A stretch of DNA of 64,000 nt from Bacteroidales bacterium (GTDB lineage Bacteria > Bacteroidota > Bacteroidia > Bacteroidales > UBA932): NCBI GenBank assembly GCA_017458145.1, contig JAFTGA010000049.1:746-64745 (forward strand), read 5' to 3'. Below the pieces are notes generated by a model. It ran no database searches. It worked only from the letters and a program-made list of their open reading frames with translations, and was not told the origin of the DNA. The translations under genes were made by a program, and so were the position numbers. Positions within the stretch are counted from its first letter, which is position 1. The number at the start of each line of letters is the position of its first letter. Positions 1 through 8,082 of this stretch are shown in pieces.

Positions 1-1
1 G

Positions 2-991
2 ACGACCGCTGCCGGAAAGAACATAGAAGACCGCGCCGTAGAAAAAGACTGGTGGGTAACCGCTGTCCTCAAAGCCCTGTTCAACACTTCGTGCCGGGAT
101 TACCTGCTCTTCAAGGGTGGAACGTCCATCAGCAAGGGCTGGCCCATTATCGAACGCTTCAGTGAAGACATCGACCTGTCTCTGGGCCGTCAGTACTTCC
201 TTGACGTACTCGGCCTGCAGTATGCTGCTGCGGGCAATAACACCCAGCTCAAGAACCTTCGCAAGGCCTCTCGACGATTCATCCACGGGACGCTTTCGCA
301 GGAGCTTGGCCAGCAACTCGCCAAGATTGGATTGACAGGCTTTACCGTCAGTAATCAGACCACTGTGCCGACGGCCGAAGGACGCAAGCCTATTGATGCC
401 GACAGTGATCCTACCGTTATTCAAGTAGCGTACGACAGCATCTTCCCCGCCTATGAAGGTGACATTCTCCCCAGCGTCAAGATAGAGATTAGTTGTCTGT
501 CCATGTCAGAGCCTTTCGAGGAGAAGCCTATCACAACCCTTATCCACGATCGGTTCCCCGAGTTGGACCAGGAACTCTCCACCATTATCCGCACCGTTAC
601 ACCGGCTCGCACTTTCCTGGAGAAAGCCTTTCTGCTCAACGAGGAATTCCAGAAAGAGCAGCCTCGTTTCCGCAGGATGAGTCGCCATCTATATGATCTG
701 GAGAAGCTGATGGATACTGACTATGGGAAGACAGCACTCCAGGATATCGACCTCTACCGTGCCATTGTTGAACACCGCCGCAAATTCTATCACCTCGGCT
801 ATGTAAACTACGATCTTGACTACCCTCCCGTCATTGACTTTGTCCCCAAAGGGAAAACCCTTGAAGCCTTTCGCCGCGACTATAACGATAACATGGTGAA
901 CGGTTACATCTATGGCTCTGCGATGCCATTCGATGCCCTTATCAGTCGCATTGAAGAATTACAGACTCGCTTCCGTAGAGTAGCCATTTAA
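2..991 (+). CDS. abiEii: AbiEii/AbiGii-family nucleotidyltransferase toxin (type IV TA), 5' end outside the window
   Basis: The frame of ORF 332-991 is open back to base 2 and reads VEKDWWV...LLFKGGTSISKGWPIIERFSEDIDL; C-terminal RTFLEKAFLLNEEF and SRHLYDL motifs. Confidence 0.88.
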   Translation, partial: TTAAGKNIEDRAVEKDWWVTAVLKALFNTSCRDYLLFKGGTSISKGWPIIERFSEDIDLSLGRQYFLDVLGLQYAAAGNNTQLKNLRKASRRFIHGTLSQELGQQLAKIGLTGFTVSNQTTVPTAEGRKPIDADSDPTVIQVAYDSIFPAYEGDILPSVKIEISCLSMSEPFEEKPITTLIHDRFPELDQELSTIIRTVTPARTFLEKAFLLNEEFQKEQPRFRRMSRHLYDLEKLMDTDYGKTALQDIDLYRAIVEHRRKFYHLGYVNYDLDYPPVIDFVPKGKTLEAFRRDYNDNMVNGYIYGSAMPFDALISRIEELQTRFRRVAI

Positions 992-1019
992 TGCAAGGAC
1001 ACCTTACACACAACAGATT

Positions 1020-2684
1020 ATGAAAAGGATCAAAGCACTACCATTATTGTTTTTTTGGGCTGTCTCACTCATTGTCTCATGTGAACACCAAAAGCAACGC
1101 GCTCACGGATTCGTCAATGAACCTCAAGATAGCATCTGGTTTAACTTGAAAGACTATGTGCTTCCTGCTTCAGAGGTCAGCATATGGGATGTCAAGAAAT
1201 GTGGCGGTTATTATTATGTCTGTTTTCACGAGAGAACGCGAAGCGATTTCAATGCCTCCCATTCTATATTAATGGCAGTTTCCGAGGATAAACTGCAAAC
1301 CATGCACGTTCCCCTCCCCGATGAAGCGTATGACTTTACGTCAATCTCAAATAAGAACGACACCTTGGTTATGAAACTAAAAGACGAACGATTCTTTAGC
1401 CTCAATCCGAAGAGCTGGGAGTGGTCGTCATATTCTTTCAGAAATGAAGATAGCGGGACTAAATTTGAAGATGATGACTGGACGGTGAAGTATGCCTATC
1501 ACGGAGAATTCGGTGAAGTTACCTGGTTTATTGATAAGCAGTCAAAAGATGAGTATGCGTTCGTCGAATTAACCGGCAACGTTAGACGTATCGACAGCAC
1601 CTTTTATGTTATCAACGAAACAAGAATCTATGAGTTAAATAACCCCTCTATCGGTTTTCATTGCGATTCTTTAACGACATATGAGAGAGCCAAGGACATC
1701 CGTTTAATCGCAGTTCATTTTCACCGGGCGGGTTACTCTCCTATGAATCATACATTCTCTCCAATAGTTCAATTTGACAACGAGAATCCAGCCATAGAAA
1801 AACATGAGGAAAGTGGAATAACTTGGTATGACGGTGGTTTTTACTTGTCGGATTTTGCAAAGACGGATACGATTATTGTAGATTCGTTTATTGCTGCCGA
1901 TACTCTGTTTTTTGCCCTTAACACCCCATCCGGTTTGGAACTGGTTAAATTGGATGGAGACACATTGTCTTCAGTACACCATTTTGACAAGGATGCAGGT
2001 ATTTCTCATCTCCGCTTCCGTCTTCTTGATGAGTTTCCCTGCATTGCTTCGTCAGTTAAGTATCGGGAGTGTCCATCTTCACCCGACGAAAAGTTGCTTC
2101 TATTGCTAAATGTAGAACCTGGTTGCTCAGAGTTGATAGATATTGCTCACGATGGTAACTCCCTGATCAAACTGTGTTATGACCACAGCGGGCTTCACAC
2201 TGTAGAGCAGGATGGTTTTCGTGAACTATTCTCGTTCTATCTAAAGAACTGGGACGATTTAACATTAGAAAGAGTTCTTCACGAAGAAAAAGACCTGGGT
2301 GGAGAAGTCAGTTATCTGAACTTGGAATCTAACAGGAATTCCTTCCCGCCAAAAGAAATCTTTGACGAACACGAAAACTTCCACATCGATATCATATCCA
2401 AACTAATCGGGAACTCATATAAGGTCGATTCCGAATACTGGGTGCAAGAATCTGACAAATCAATTCCTGCTGTTTTTATGGATTGGTCACGATTGGACTA
2501 TAACTCAGGGTTTTCCCCGAAAGAGAAGTATGAGCAAGTGGCTGGGATTATCACGGATTCTGTCGGTCCAGGAACGCTGTATCCAGCTACCAACGGGAAA
2601 ATGAAATATACAGAATGGCATTCGGGACAGAGAGTAATCAGGCTCTATGGGGGAACATACGATGTGCGGTTTATCCTCTATTGA
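1020..2684 (+). CDS. Hypothetical lipoprotein, 554 aa
   Basis: Long AT-rich ORF; signal peptide with lipobox-like LIVSC; no family recognised. Confidence 0.7.
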   Translation: MKRIKALPLLFFWAVSLIVSCEHQKQRAHGFVNEPQDSIWFNLKDYVLPASEVSIWDVKKCGGYYYVCFHERTRSDFNASHSILMAVSEDKLQTMHVPLPDEAYDFTSISNKNDTLVMKLKDERFFSLNPKSWEWSSYSFRNEDSGTKFEDDDWTVKYAYHGEFGEVTWFIDKQSKDEYAFVELTGNVRRIDSTFYVINETRIYELNNPSIGFHCDSLTTYERAKDIRLIAVHFHRAGYSPMNHTFSPIVQFDNENPAIEKHEESGITWYDGGFYLSDFAKTDTIIVDSFIAADTLFFALNTPSGLELVKLDGDTLSSVHHFDKDAGISHLRFRLLDEFPCIASSVKYRECPSSPDEKLLLLLNVEPGCSELIDIAHDGNSLIKLCYDHSGLHTVEQDGFRELFSFYLKNWDDLTLERVLHEEKDLGGEVSYLNLESNRNSFPPKEIFDEHENFHIDIISKLIGNSYKVDSEYWVQESDKSIPAVFMDWSRLDYNSGFSPKEKYEQVAGIITDSVGPGTLYPATNGKMKYTEWHSGQRVIRLYGGTYDVRFILY

Positions 2685-2745
2685 GACGGAGATAGTTTGT
2701 CCCGAACACTTCAATTCTGTTCGTCGGGGACAGAACGATTAATTC

Positions 2746-2939
2746 TTGTCCCCCGATGGCAAAAGCACGCCTACAAACGAGGACACCTCAAGTATTTCGG
2801 GGACAGTAGGGGGACAAACGTGAAAAGGTCAAAAATGTAAAGCGCTTATTTATAATAAGTTATAGGTTTATGCTATTTCCTGCATCGGAAAATGAAAAAT
2901 GAAACACTATGAAACGCTGTGAAAAGCGATGAATCATTG
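2746..2939. mobile_element. Attachment-site-like junction, copy 1
   Basis: TTGTCCCCCGA at 2746; 100-bp block 2796-2895 about 88% identical to 7417-7517; then four 10-bp-period TGAAAC-like repeats at 2900-2939. Confidence 0.7.
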
Positions 2940-3020
2940 TTATCTGTACAGTATACCTTATCGTCCTGCATAAAGGCTCGTGTTATCACAATATCCTTTT
3001 CATTTCGTTTCAATACGTTT

Positions 3021-3479
3021 TTATTGCCCGGGTTTGTGTCTAAATAAGCCAGTAAACCAGCGCCACCAGACTTTGATGGTTGCCCAGCCGTTGTTTGACC
3101 ACAGTGCCAGGAAGATGAGGACGGGCTGGAAGAACAGGCGAATAAGGCGGGCTTGGTCTGTATTCAAGCCAAAGGCATTGATGTGCTCTACGTACTGGTT
3201 GATATTGCCCGGGAAAATGAGTACGTAGAAAATGGCAAGAGCAGCACCCGCCCATCCGGAACGCTCTTTCCATAGAATGAGCATGGCCAGTCCCAGGAGA
3301 ATTTCCATCACGCCGGAGGCCAGGACAACGAAGTCTGTAAAACCAGGTGAGAATTGAATCCAAACCGGCACCTGGGCTACGAATTCTTCCCGGGCTACAG
3401 TTAGGTGATTCAGCCCGGCAAATACCATAAATAGCCCCAGAAGGACCTTAACGATTGCTTTCAGGATTCTCATAATCAT
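3021..3479 (-). CDS. DoxX-like membrane protein
   Basis: Hydrophobic; FAGLNH, VLASGVMEILLG, IFPGNINQY, RLFFQPVLI motifs. Confidence 0.8.
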   Translation of the reverse strand: MIMRILKAIVKVLLGLFMVFAGLNHLTVAREEFVAQVPVWIQFSPGFTDFVVLASGVMEILLGLAMLILWKERSGWAGAALAIFYVLIFPGNINQYVEHINAFGLNTDQARLIRLFFQPVLIFLALWSNNGWATIKVWWRWFTGLFRHKPGQ

Positions 3480-3488
3480 AAACGTTTT

Positions 3489-4118
3489 TTATTGCAGAAG
3501 ATCTTCTATACACTGACCCATCTGTTCCGGGGCGACGGTTGGCTCAAAGCGGGCCACTACCCTGCCTTTTCTATCTATAAGGAATTTGGTGAAATTCCAC
3601 TTGATGTCGGGATTGGAAGCATAGTTGGGATCTTGGTTAGAGAGCATTCTATCCATGAACTGAGCAGTTTCGCTGTCACCGAATCCGGCAAAAGGCTTCT
3701 CAGCATAAAGCCATTTGAAGATCGGTGATGCATTCTCGCCATTCACTTCCGTCTTCTCCATCAGCGGGAAGGTGACACCGTAATTCAGTCGGCAGAACTC
3801 GGCAATCTCTTCGCTGGTGCCAGGTTCCTGGTGGCCGAATTGGTCGCAAGGGAAGCCGATGACAACGAGGCCTTTATCCTTGTATTTCTTATATAACGCC
3901 TCCAGACCATCGTATTGCGGGGTAAAGCCGCATCTGGAAGCCGTATTGACAATCAAAAGCACCTTTCCTTTGTACGCGGAAAAGTCCACCTCTTCTTCCT
4001 GATTGGACACGGCCTTGAAGCCATAGAGAGGAGATGTGGAACCGGGTGCGCAGGAAATGCATGACATGAGGCCGATGATACCGGCCGCCAGAGCCGCTAT
4101 GATACTGGGAGTTTTCAT
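3489..4118 (-). CDS. Glutathione peroxidase family protein with N-terminal lipoprotein signal
   Basis: VNTASRCGFTPQY, GFPCDQF, KWNFTKFL; N-terminal signal ending in Cys. Confidence 0.92.
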   Translation of the reverse strand: MKTPSIIAALAAGIIGLMSCISCAPGSTSPLYGFKAVSNQEEEVDFSAYKGKVLLIVNTASRCGFTPQYDGLEALYKKYKDKGLVVIGFPCDQFGHQEPGTSEEIAEFCRLNYGVTFPLMEKTEVNGENASPIFKWLYAEKPFAGFGDSETAQFMDRMLSNQDPNYASNPDIKWNFTKFLIDRKGRVVARFEPTVAPEQMGQCIEDLLQ

Positions 4119-4129
4119 ACTATCGGATA

Positions 4130-4540
4130 TTAGATATAGAACGATTCAGTGAACTTCTTCAGGGCACTCAGGTCATCCTTGTCTGGATGCCCGGAAAATA
4201 CGGGTCCCATAGCCCCTTTGCAAGAGAAAGACCTCTCCGCCACGGCAATGCCCCGAGCTTCAAGTTTCTTCCGCATCTGCGGCACGGGAGAGTCGATGAT
4301 GGCACTCGAGCCGAAAAGGACCACGCATTTCACCTTGGAAGGATCAAGATTCTCGATGAATGACGAAACGCTTTTGTCGACCTTCCCAAGAAAGATACCC
4401 GCCCCCAAAAAGAGAATGTCAACACATTCGACGATAGGGGCAGAAACGGTAGCAGGGGTCACTCCTGCCACGCCGGCGATGACATCGGCCATCATCTTCG
4501 AATGACCGAATTTTGAATGATAACGAATGGCTGTTTTCAT
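4130..4540 (-). CDS. Flavodoxin-like protein
   Basis: YHSKFGHSKMMA FMN-binding loop; C-terminal GHPDKDDL. Confidence 0.75.
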   Translation of the reverse strand: MKTAIRYHSKFGHSKMMADVIAGVAGVTPATVSAPIVECVDILFLGAGIFLGKVDKSVSSFIENLDPSKVKCVVLFGSSAIIDSPVPQMRKKLEARGIAVAERSFSCKGAMGPVFSGHPDKDDLSALKKFTESFYI

Positions 4541-5646
4541 TATGATGATGCTTTTGATTGATTTAGAAGAGCTTCTACTTCATCGCGGTGTTCAAAGAGG
4601 GTGCAGCCTCCCGTATGCTCCCAGCCAAGTGCTTCGGCATCGCGGAGTTTTCTGAACAGCGGCGAACGGAGTGCTCCGCGTATGCCGATCTCTATCACGT
4701 TTCCGTCGGAGAAGGGAGAGAAAGGACAAGGTTCGGCGGAGCCGTCCGGACCAATGTGGAAAAAGCCGCGGCCGGAGGCAAGGCACCCGCCAAGTTCTTT
4801 TTCATCCCCAGGGAATGAGAGGAAGATAATGTCGGCATACTCCGAACGGCGTTGTTCCAAGATGCTCTCCATGTCGGCGATATGTTCATCATTCAGAGCA
4901 AGGTACTCTGTGCCGGACTCCGTAGGGACATACTCAACATAAAAGATGATTTTGCAGCCGAGTTTTCGCAGCGAGTCAATGAATCTCGATGACGTTACTT
5001 CTTTATAGTTTTCAGTAGTAACTGTTATGCTGGCACCAAAAAACAGATTCTCCCTGTTTAGCATTTCCATTGACTTGATAGCACGTTGGAATACGCCCAC
5101 GCCCCTTCTTTCATCCGTGTTTACGGCCGATCCTTCAATACTGATGACAGGCACCATGTTCAGATGCTCGCGAAAGAACTCAAGATAACGGTTCCCGATG
5201 AGCGTTCCGTTGGTAAAAACAGGAAATATCATTTCGTCAACCTCGGACACAGATTCCAAAATATCCCTGCGGGTCAGCGGCTCACCACCGGCCAGAAGAG
5301 AAAAATTGATGCCCACCGACGCCGCTTCTGCGAATACCGCTTTCCACTGATCCGGGGAGAGCGTCTCCTTTGCGGGAGCATCCGTGTCTGCAGCAATACC
5401 ATTGGCGCGGGCATAGCAGCCTTTGCAATGCAGATTACAGGTAGTCGCGATACTGCTGATCAGGAAAGGCGGCACCTCCAACCCTTCTTCTTCGAATACT
5501 GTTTTCCGGCGGGTTTCAGACCTGGCGAACAGCCGCTGCATACGCCAGGCAAATCTTGCTTCGCGAGGATTGGAGAGGACATTCTTATAAGCCTTCGCCA
5601 TAATCTGGCGAATGCTGTTACTCATGTATTCGGAGAGGTTGTTCAT
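4540..5646 (-). CDS. Radical SAM protein with SPASM/twitch-like C-terminus
   Basis: CNLHCKGC, GGEP, and CLASGRGFFHIGPDGSAEPCPF. Confidence 0.88.
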   Translation of the reverse strand: MNNLSEYMSNSIRQIMAKAYKNVLSNPREARFAWRMQRLFARSETRRKTVFEEEGLEVPPFLISSIATTCNLHCKGCYARANGIAADTDAPAKETLSPDQWKAVFAEAASVGINFSLLAGGEPLTRRDILESVSEVDEMIFPVFTNGTLIGNRYLEFFREHLNMVPVISIEGSAVNTDERRGVGVFQRAIKSMEMLNRENLFFGASITVTTENYKEVTSSRFIDSLRKLGCKIIFYVEYVPTESGTEYLALNDEHIADMESILEQRRSEYADIIFLSFPGDEKELGGCLASGRGFFHIGPDGSAEPCPFSPFSDGNVIEIGIRGALRSPLFRKLRDAEALGWEHTGGCTLFEHRDEVEALLNQSKASS

Positions 5647-6086
5647 CTGCTATTTAATTTTTCGATGATATCGTCCAGCATCCGGAACAGCCCTGGAACG
5701 GTTTCGGGAGTGACGCTCTCGCAAATAACAGCACTACCAACAGCATAGGGCACATTTGTGAGAGACTCCTGCAAGCCTTTGCCCTTTTGGGTCAGAGATA
5801 CAATCATCTGGCGGGCGTCTTGTTTCCCTTTCGTGCGAGTGATAACACCTTCCTTTTCCATTCGCTGGAGCAAAGGAGTTACCGTATTGGTTTCCAGGTA
5901 AAGTCGCTTGGCAATGTCATTGACAGGCTGGGCGTCCTTTTCCCACAAGACCAGCAGCACCAGATACTGAGGGTATGTCAGACCAAATTCCGACAGCAGC
6001 GGGTTATAGGCTTGGGTGAGAAGGCGCGATGCGGTATATAGCCTGAAGCAGAGTTGGTTGTCAAGACGGAATGCTTCTTTGATCAT
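5643..6086 (-). CDS. OhrR-like MarR family regulator
   Basis: LDNQLCFRLY with the sensor Cys, GLTYPQYLVLLVLWE, winged helix. Confidence 0.9.
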   Translation of the reverse strand: MIKEAFRLDNQLCFRLYTASRLLTQAYNPLLSEFGLTYPQYLVLLVLWEKDAQPVNDIAKRLYLETNTVTPLLQRMEKEGVITRTKGKQDARQMIVSLTQKGKGLQESLTNVPYAVGSAVICESVTPETVPGLFRMLDDIIEKLNSR

Positions 6087-6628
6087 TACAGCATAGAATT
6101 AATGTCCTTTTCGATATCCTTAGGCTCAGTGGTGGGTGCATAGCGCTTTACAATCAAGCCGTCGCGATTTACCAGGAATTTGGTGAAATTCCAGAGTATG
6201 TCGCTGTCCTTCTCTACGCTCTTGCTGATGCCCTTGAGCATTGCGTGTGTTGCCTTTGCCTTGAGTCCTTTGTACTCCTCGGTGGGAGCCTGTGATTTCA
6301 GGTATTCGAAAATGGGCTCGGCGTTTGCGCCGTTGACCTCGGTCTTGGCCATCAGCGGGAAGGTCACGCCGTGGTTGAGGCGGCAGAACTCTTCTATCTG
6401 CTCATTGCTGCCGGGCTCCTGGCCGGCGAACTGGTCGCAAGGGAATCCTATGATAACGAGCCCTTGATCCTTGTATTTCTGATACAAGGCCTCAAGGCCA
6501 TCATATTGAGGAGTGAAACCGCATTTGGATGCGGTATTGACAATCATTAAAACTTTTCCTTCGTACTGGGCGAAATCCACTTCAACTCCTTTGTTGTTAC
6601 GGACTTTGAAATCGTAAATATTTTTCAT
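6086..6628 (-). CDS. Glutathione peroxidase family protein (cytoplasmic)
   Basis: VNTASKCGFTPQY, GFPCDQF, WNFTKFL; start placed at ATG 6628. Confidence 0.92.
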   Translation of the reverse strand: MKNIYDFKVRNNKGVEVDFAQYEGKVLMIVNTASKCGFTPQYDGLEALYQKYKDQGLVIIGFPCDQFAGQEPGSNEQIEEFCRLNHGVTFPLMAKTEVNGANAEPIFEYLKSQAPTEEYKGLKAKATHAMLKGISKSVEKDSDILWNFTKFLVNRDGLIVKRYAPTTEPKDIEKDINSML

Positions 6629-6662
6629 AATGTCTATATTTTTGTTTATATCATTCACGATG

Positions 6663-6699
6663 CAAATATAGACATTTATTTTTATATCGCAAGCGATAT
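6663..6699 (-). promoter_or_regulatory. Promoter (-7 TATATTTG) and palindromic operator of the peroxidase operon
   Basis: CAAATATA at 6663-6670 on the + strand; ATATCGC-AA-GCGATAT at 6684-6699. Confidence 0.65.
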
Positions 6700-6743
6700 T
6701 TTTGTAAAAATTTAATCCCCAACGATTTTACCGCCGAAATTCA

Positions 6744-7178
6744 TCACTCCACGGTTTTAACGCATGAATACGAGGTAGGATACGCACCGAAGTTCAGGCT
6801 GAAACGGATGCCGTCCTTTTCCGCGATGCCGCTGAGGGCGGTGACCAGATAACGGGGAACCTCTCCTCCCATAGCTAAAGGGACGATACTATCTCCCGAA
6901 AACACAATGGAGGATCCTTCATTTACAATCGGCACGGCAGGGATGGTAACGTCGATGGTAACGGGCATTTGGGGGACGAACTTGATCTGGTAGATGGTGA
7001 GGACGGTCGTACGACCGTCCTCAGACGGCGAATAATTCACCTTAATGCCGGGAGTATCATACGATTCACCGTTATAAACTACGCTTACGGTTCCCTCATA
7101 ATCGGCCCGGACATTGGGGATTACATCATCCGTATTTGGTTTTTCACACGAAAAGGCCGTAAGGAGCAAAAAGAACAA
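6744..7178 (-). CDS. Small beta-rich lipoprotein; ATG start possibly lost
   Basis: Lipobox TAFSC; only a TTG start; upstream reads ..gat aaa tac aaa tct att, like a damaged ATGAAATACAAA. Confidence 0.6.
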   Translation of the reverse strand: MFFLLLTAFSCEKPNTDDVIPNVRADYEGTVSVVYNGESYDTPGIKVNYSPSEDGRTTVLTIYQIKFVPQMPVTIDVTIPAVPIVNEGSSIVFSGDSIVPLAMGGEVPRYLVTALSGIAEKDGIRFSLNFGAYPTSYSCVKTVE

Positions 7179-7367
7179 AATAGATTTGTATTTATCGAAG
7201 CAAATTTACGCAATTTTTACAACATACCCACTCGGCCACCTTGACGGAAGCCATCTATGCTTCTCGAAGAAATTTCGTACCCTTGCCACCGGAGGTCTGA
7301 TGCCAGACTTCTATTGTTAACACCCGGTGCAGTCCTGCTGCCATGCGGGGACGCACCTTTACTTTTT

Positions 7368-7517
7368 TTGTCCCCCGAAGGACTTTTTCACGAAAAAAGT
7401 TTGGGGCCTCAAAAAATTCGGGGACAGCAGGGGGACAAACGTGAAAAGGTCAAAAAAGTTAAAGTATTTATTTACAATAAGTTATAGACTTATCCTATTT
7501 CCCGCATCGGGAAATGA
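7368..7517. mobile_element. Attachment-site-like end, copy 2 (probable island boundary)
   Basis: TTGTCCCCCGA at 7368 and block 7417-7517 matching 2796-2895; ends in the palindrome TTTCCCG-CAT-CGGGAAA. Confidence 0.7.
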
Positions 7518-7540
7518 TCTGCTTGTTCATGATGGGTATC

Positions 7541-7573
7541 TTTCAAATGTCCGATTTAATCGGACATTTGAAA
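7541..7573. repeat. Perfect 16-bp inverted repeat
   Basis: TTTCAAATGTCCGATT-T-AATCGGACATTTGAAA. Confidence 0.85.
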
Positions 7574-7794
7574 TCGAAGTATAGGAGCTGGACAACAACC
7601 ACCTCGTGTAGGAGCGGTTGTTAAAGTCTTTTAAACTACCGCACAGAGTGGCTCAAGAGGCCTGTCTTGAGAAAAAGTTCTCTATTATAAGTCGGAACGC
7701 TTAAAGCCATACGCCGGAGGATAAGCGCTCGGAACAAAGCGCTGATTCTCAGAAAAATTTTTGCAAGAATCAAAAAAGTTGCATCTTTGCATCA

Positions 7795-7846
7795 CTAGAA
7801 CTCGCCGAGCCTCTTAACAATGCTTAAGTAGGCGGGTCTGTTTTTA
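7795..7846 (+). ncRNA. Probable abiF-type RNA motif
   Basis: GAACTCGCCGAGCCTCTTAACAATGCTTAAGTAGGCGGGTC; CTCGCC/GGCGGG stem; follows a -7-like CATCTTTG and precedes an Abi-like N-terminal remnant. Recognised from recall, no covariance-model search. Confidence 0.55.
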
Positions 7847-7851
7847 TTCTA

Positions 7852-7918
7852 TTGGTACCTTATACCAAACATGCCAAGTCTCTGCAGACTTGGTGCAACA
7901 ACTGAAACAGAGAGGCGG
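7852..7918 (+). pseudogene. N-terminal remnant of an AbiD/AbiF (Abi_2)-like gene
   Basis: VPYTKHAKS + frameshift + ADLVQQLKQRG resembles Abi N-termini (YTK..S....L..LK.RG); truncated. Confidence 0.5.
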
Positions 7919-7936
7919 GGGCTGACGTGCGATGAA

Positions 7937-7962
7937 AGATTCCCGGTCAAGCCGGGAATGAC
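7937..7962 (+). repeat. REP-like palindrome
   Basis: AGATTCCCGG-TCAAG-CCGGGAATGAC; same layout as 25955-25981. Confidence 0.75.
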
Positions 7963-8082
7963 GTTCGTCAGGACTGTTGAGACCTCACAAACTACACAAT
8001 CCTTTCCACATGAGAAAGCAAGCATCGCAGAAGGACTCCTATCTCCCCTATTGACAAATCATAGAAAAAGCATACCTTTGTA

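Noticed and set aside
3489-6628. Selenocysteine in the glutathione peroxidases
   Set aside because: Both have an in-frame Cys (ASRCG, ASKCG) and no TGA.
2796-7517. CRISPR or IS interpretation of the repeats
   Set aside because: Only two long direct copies 4.6 kb apart; no spacer array, cas gene, transposase or terminal inverted repeats.
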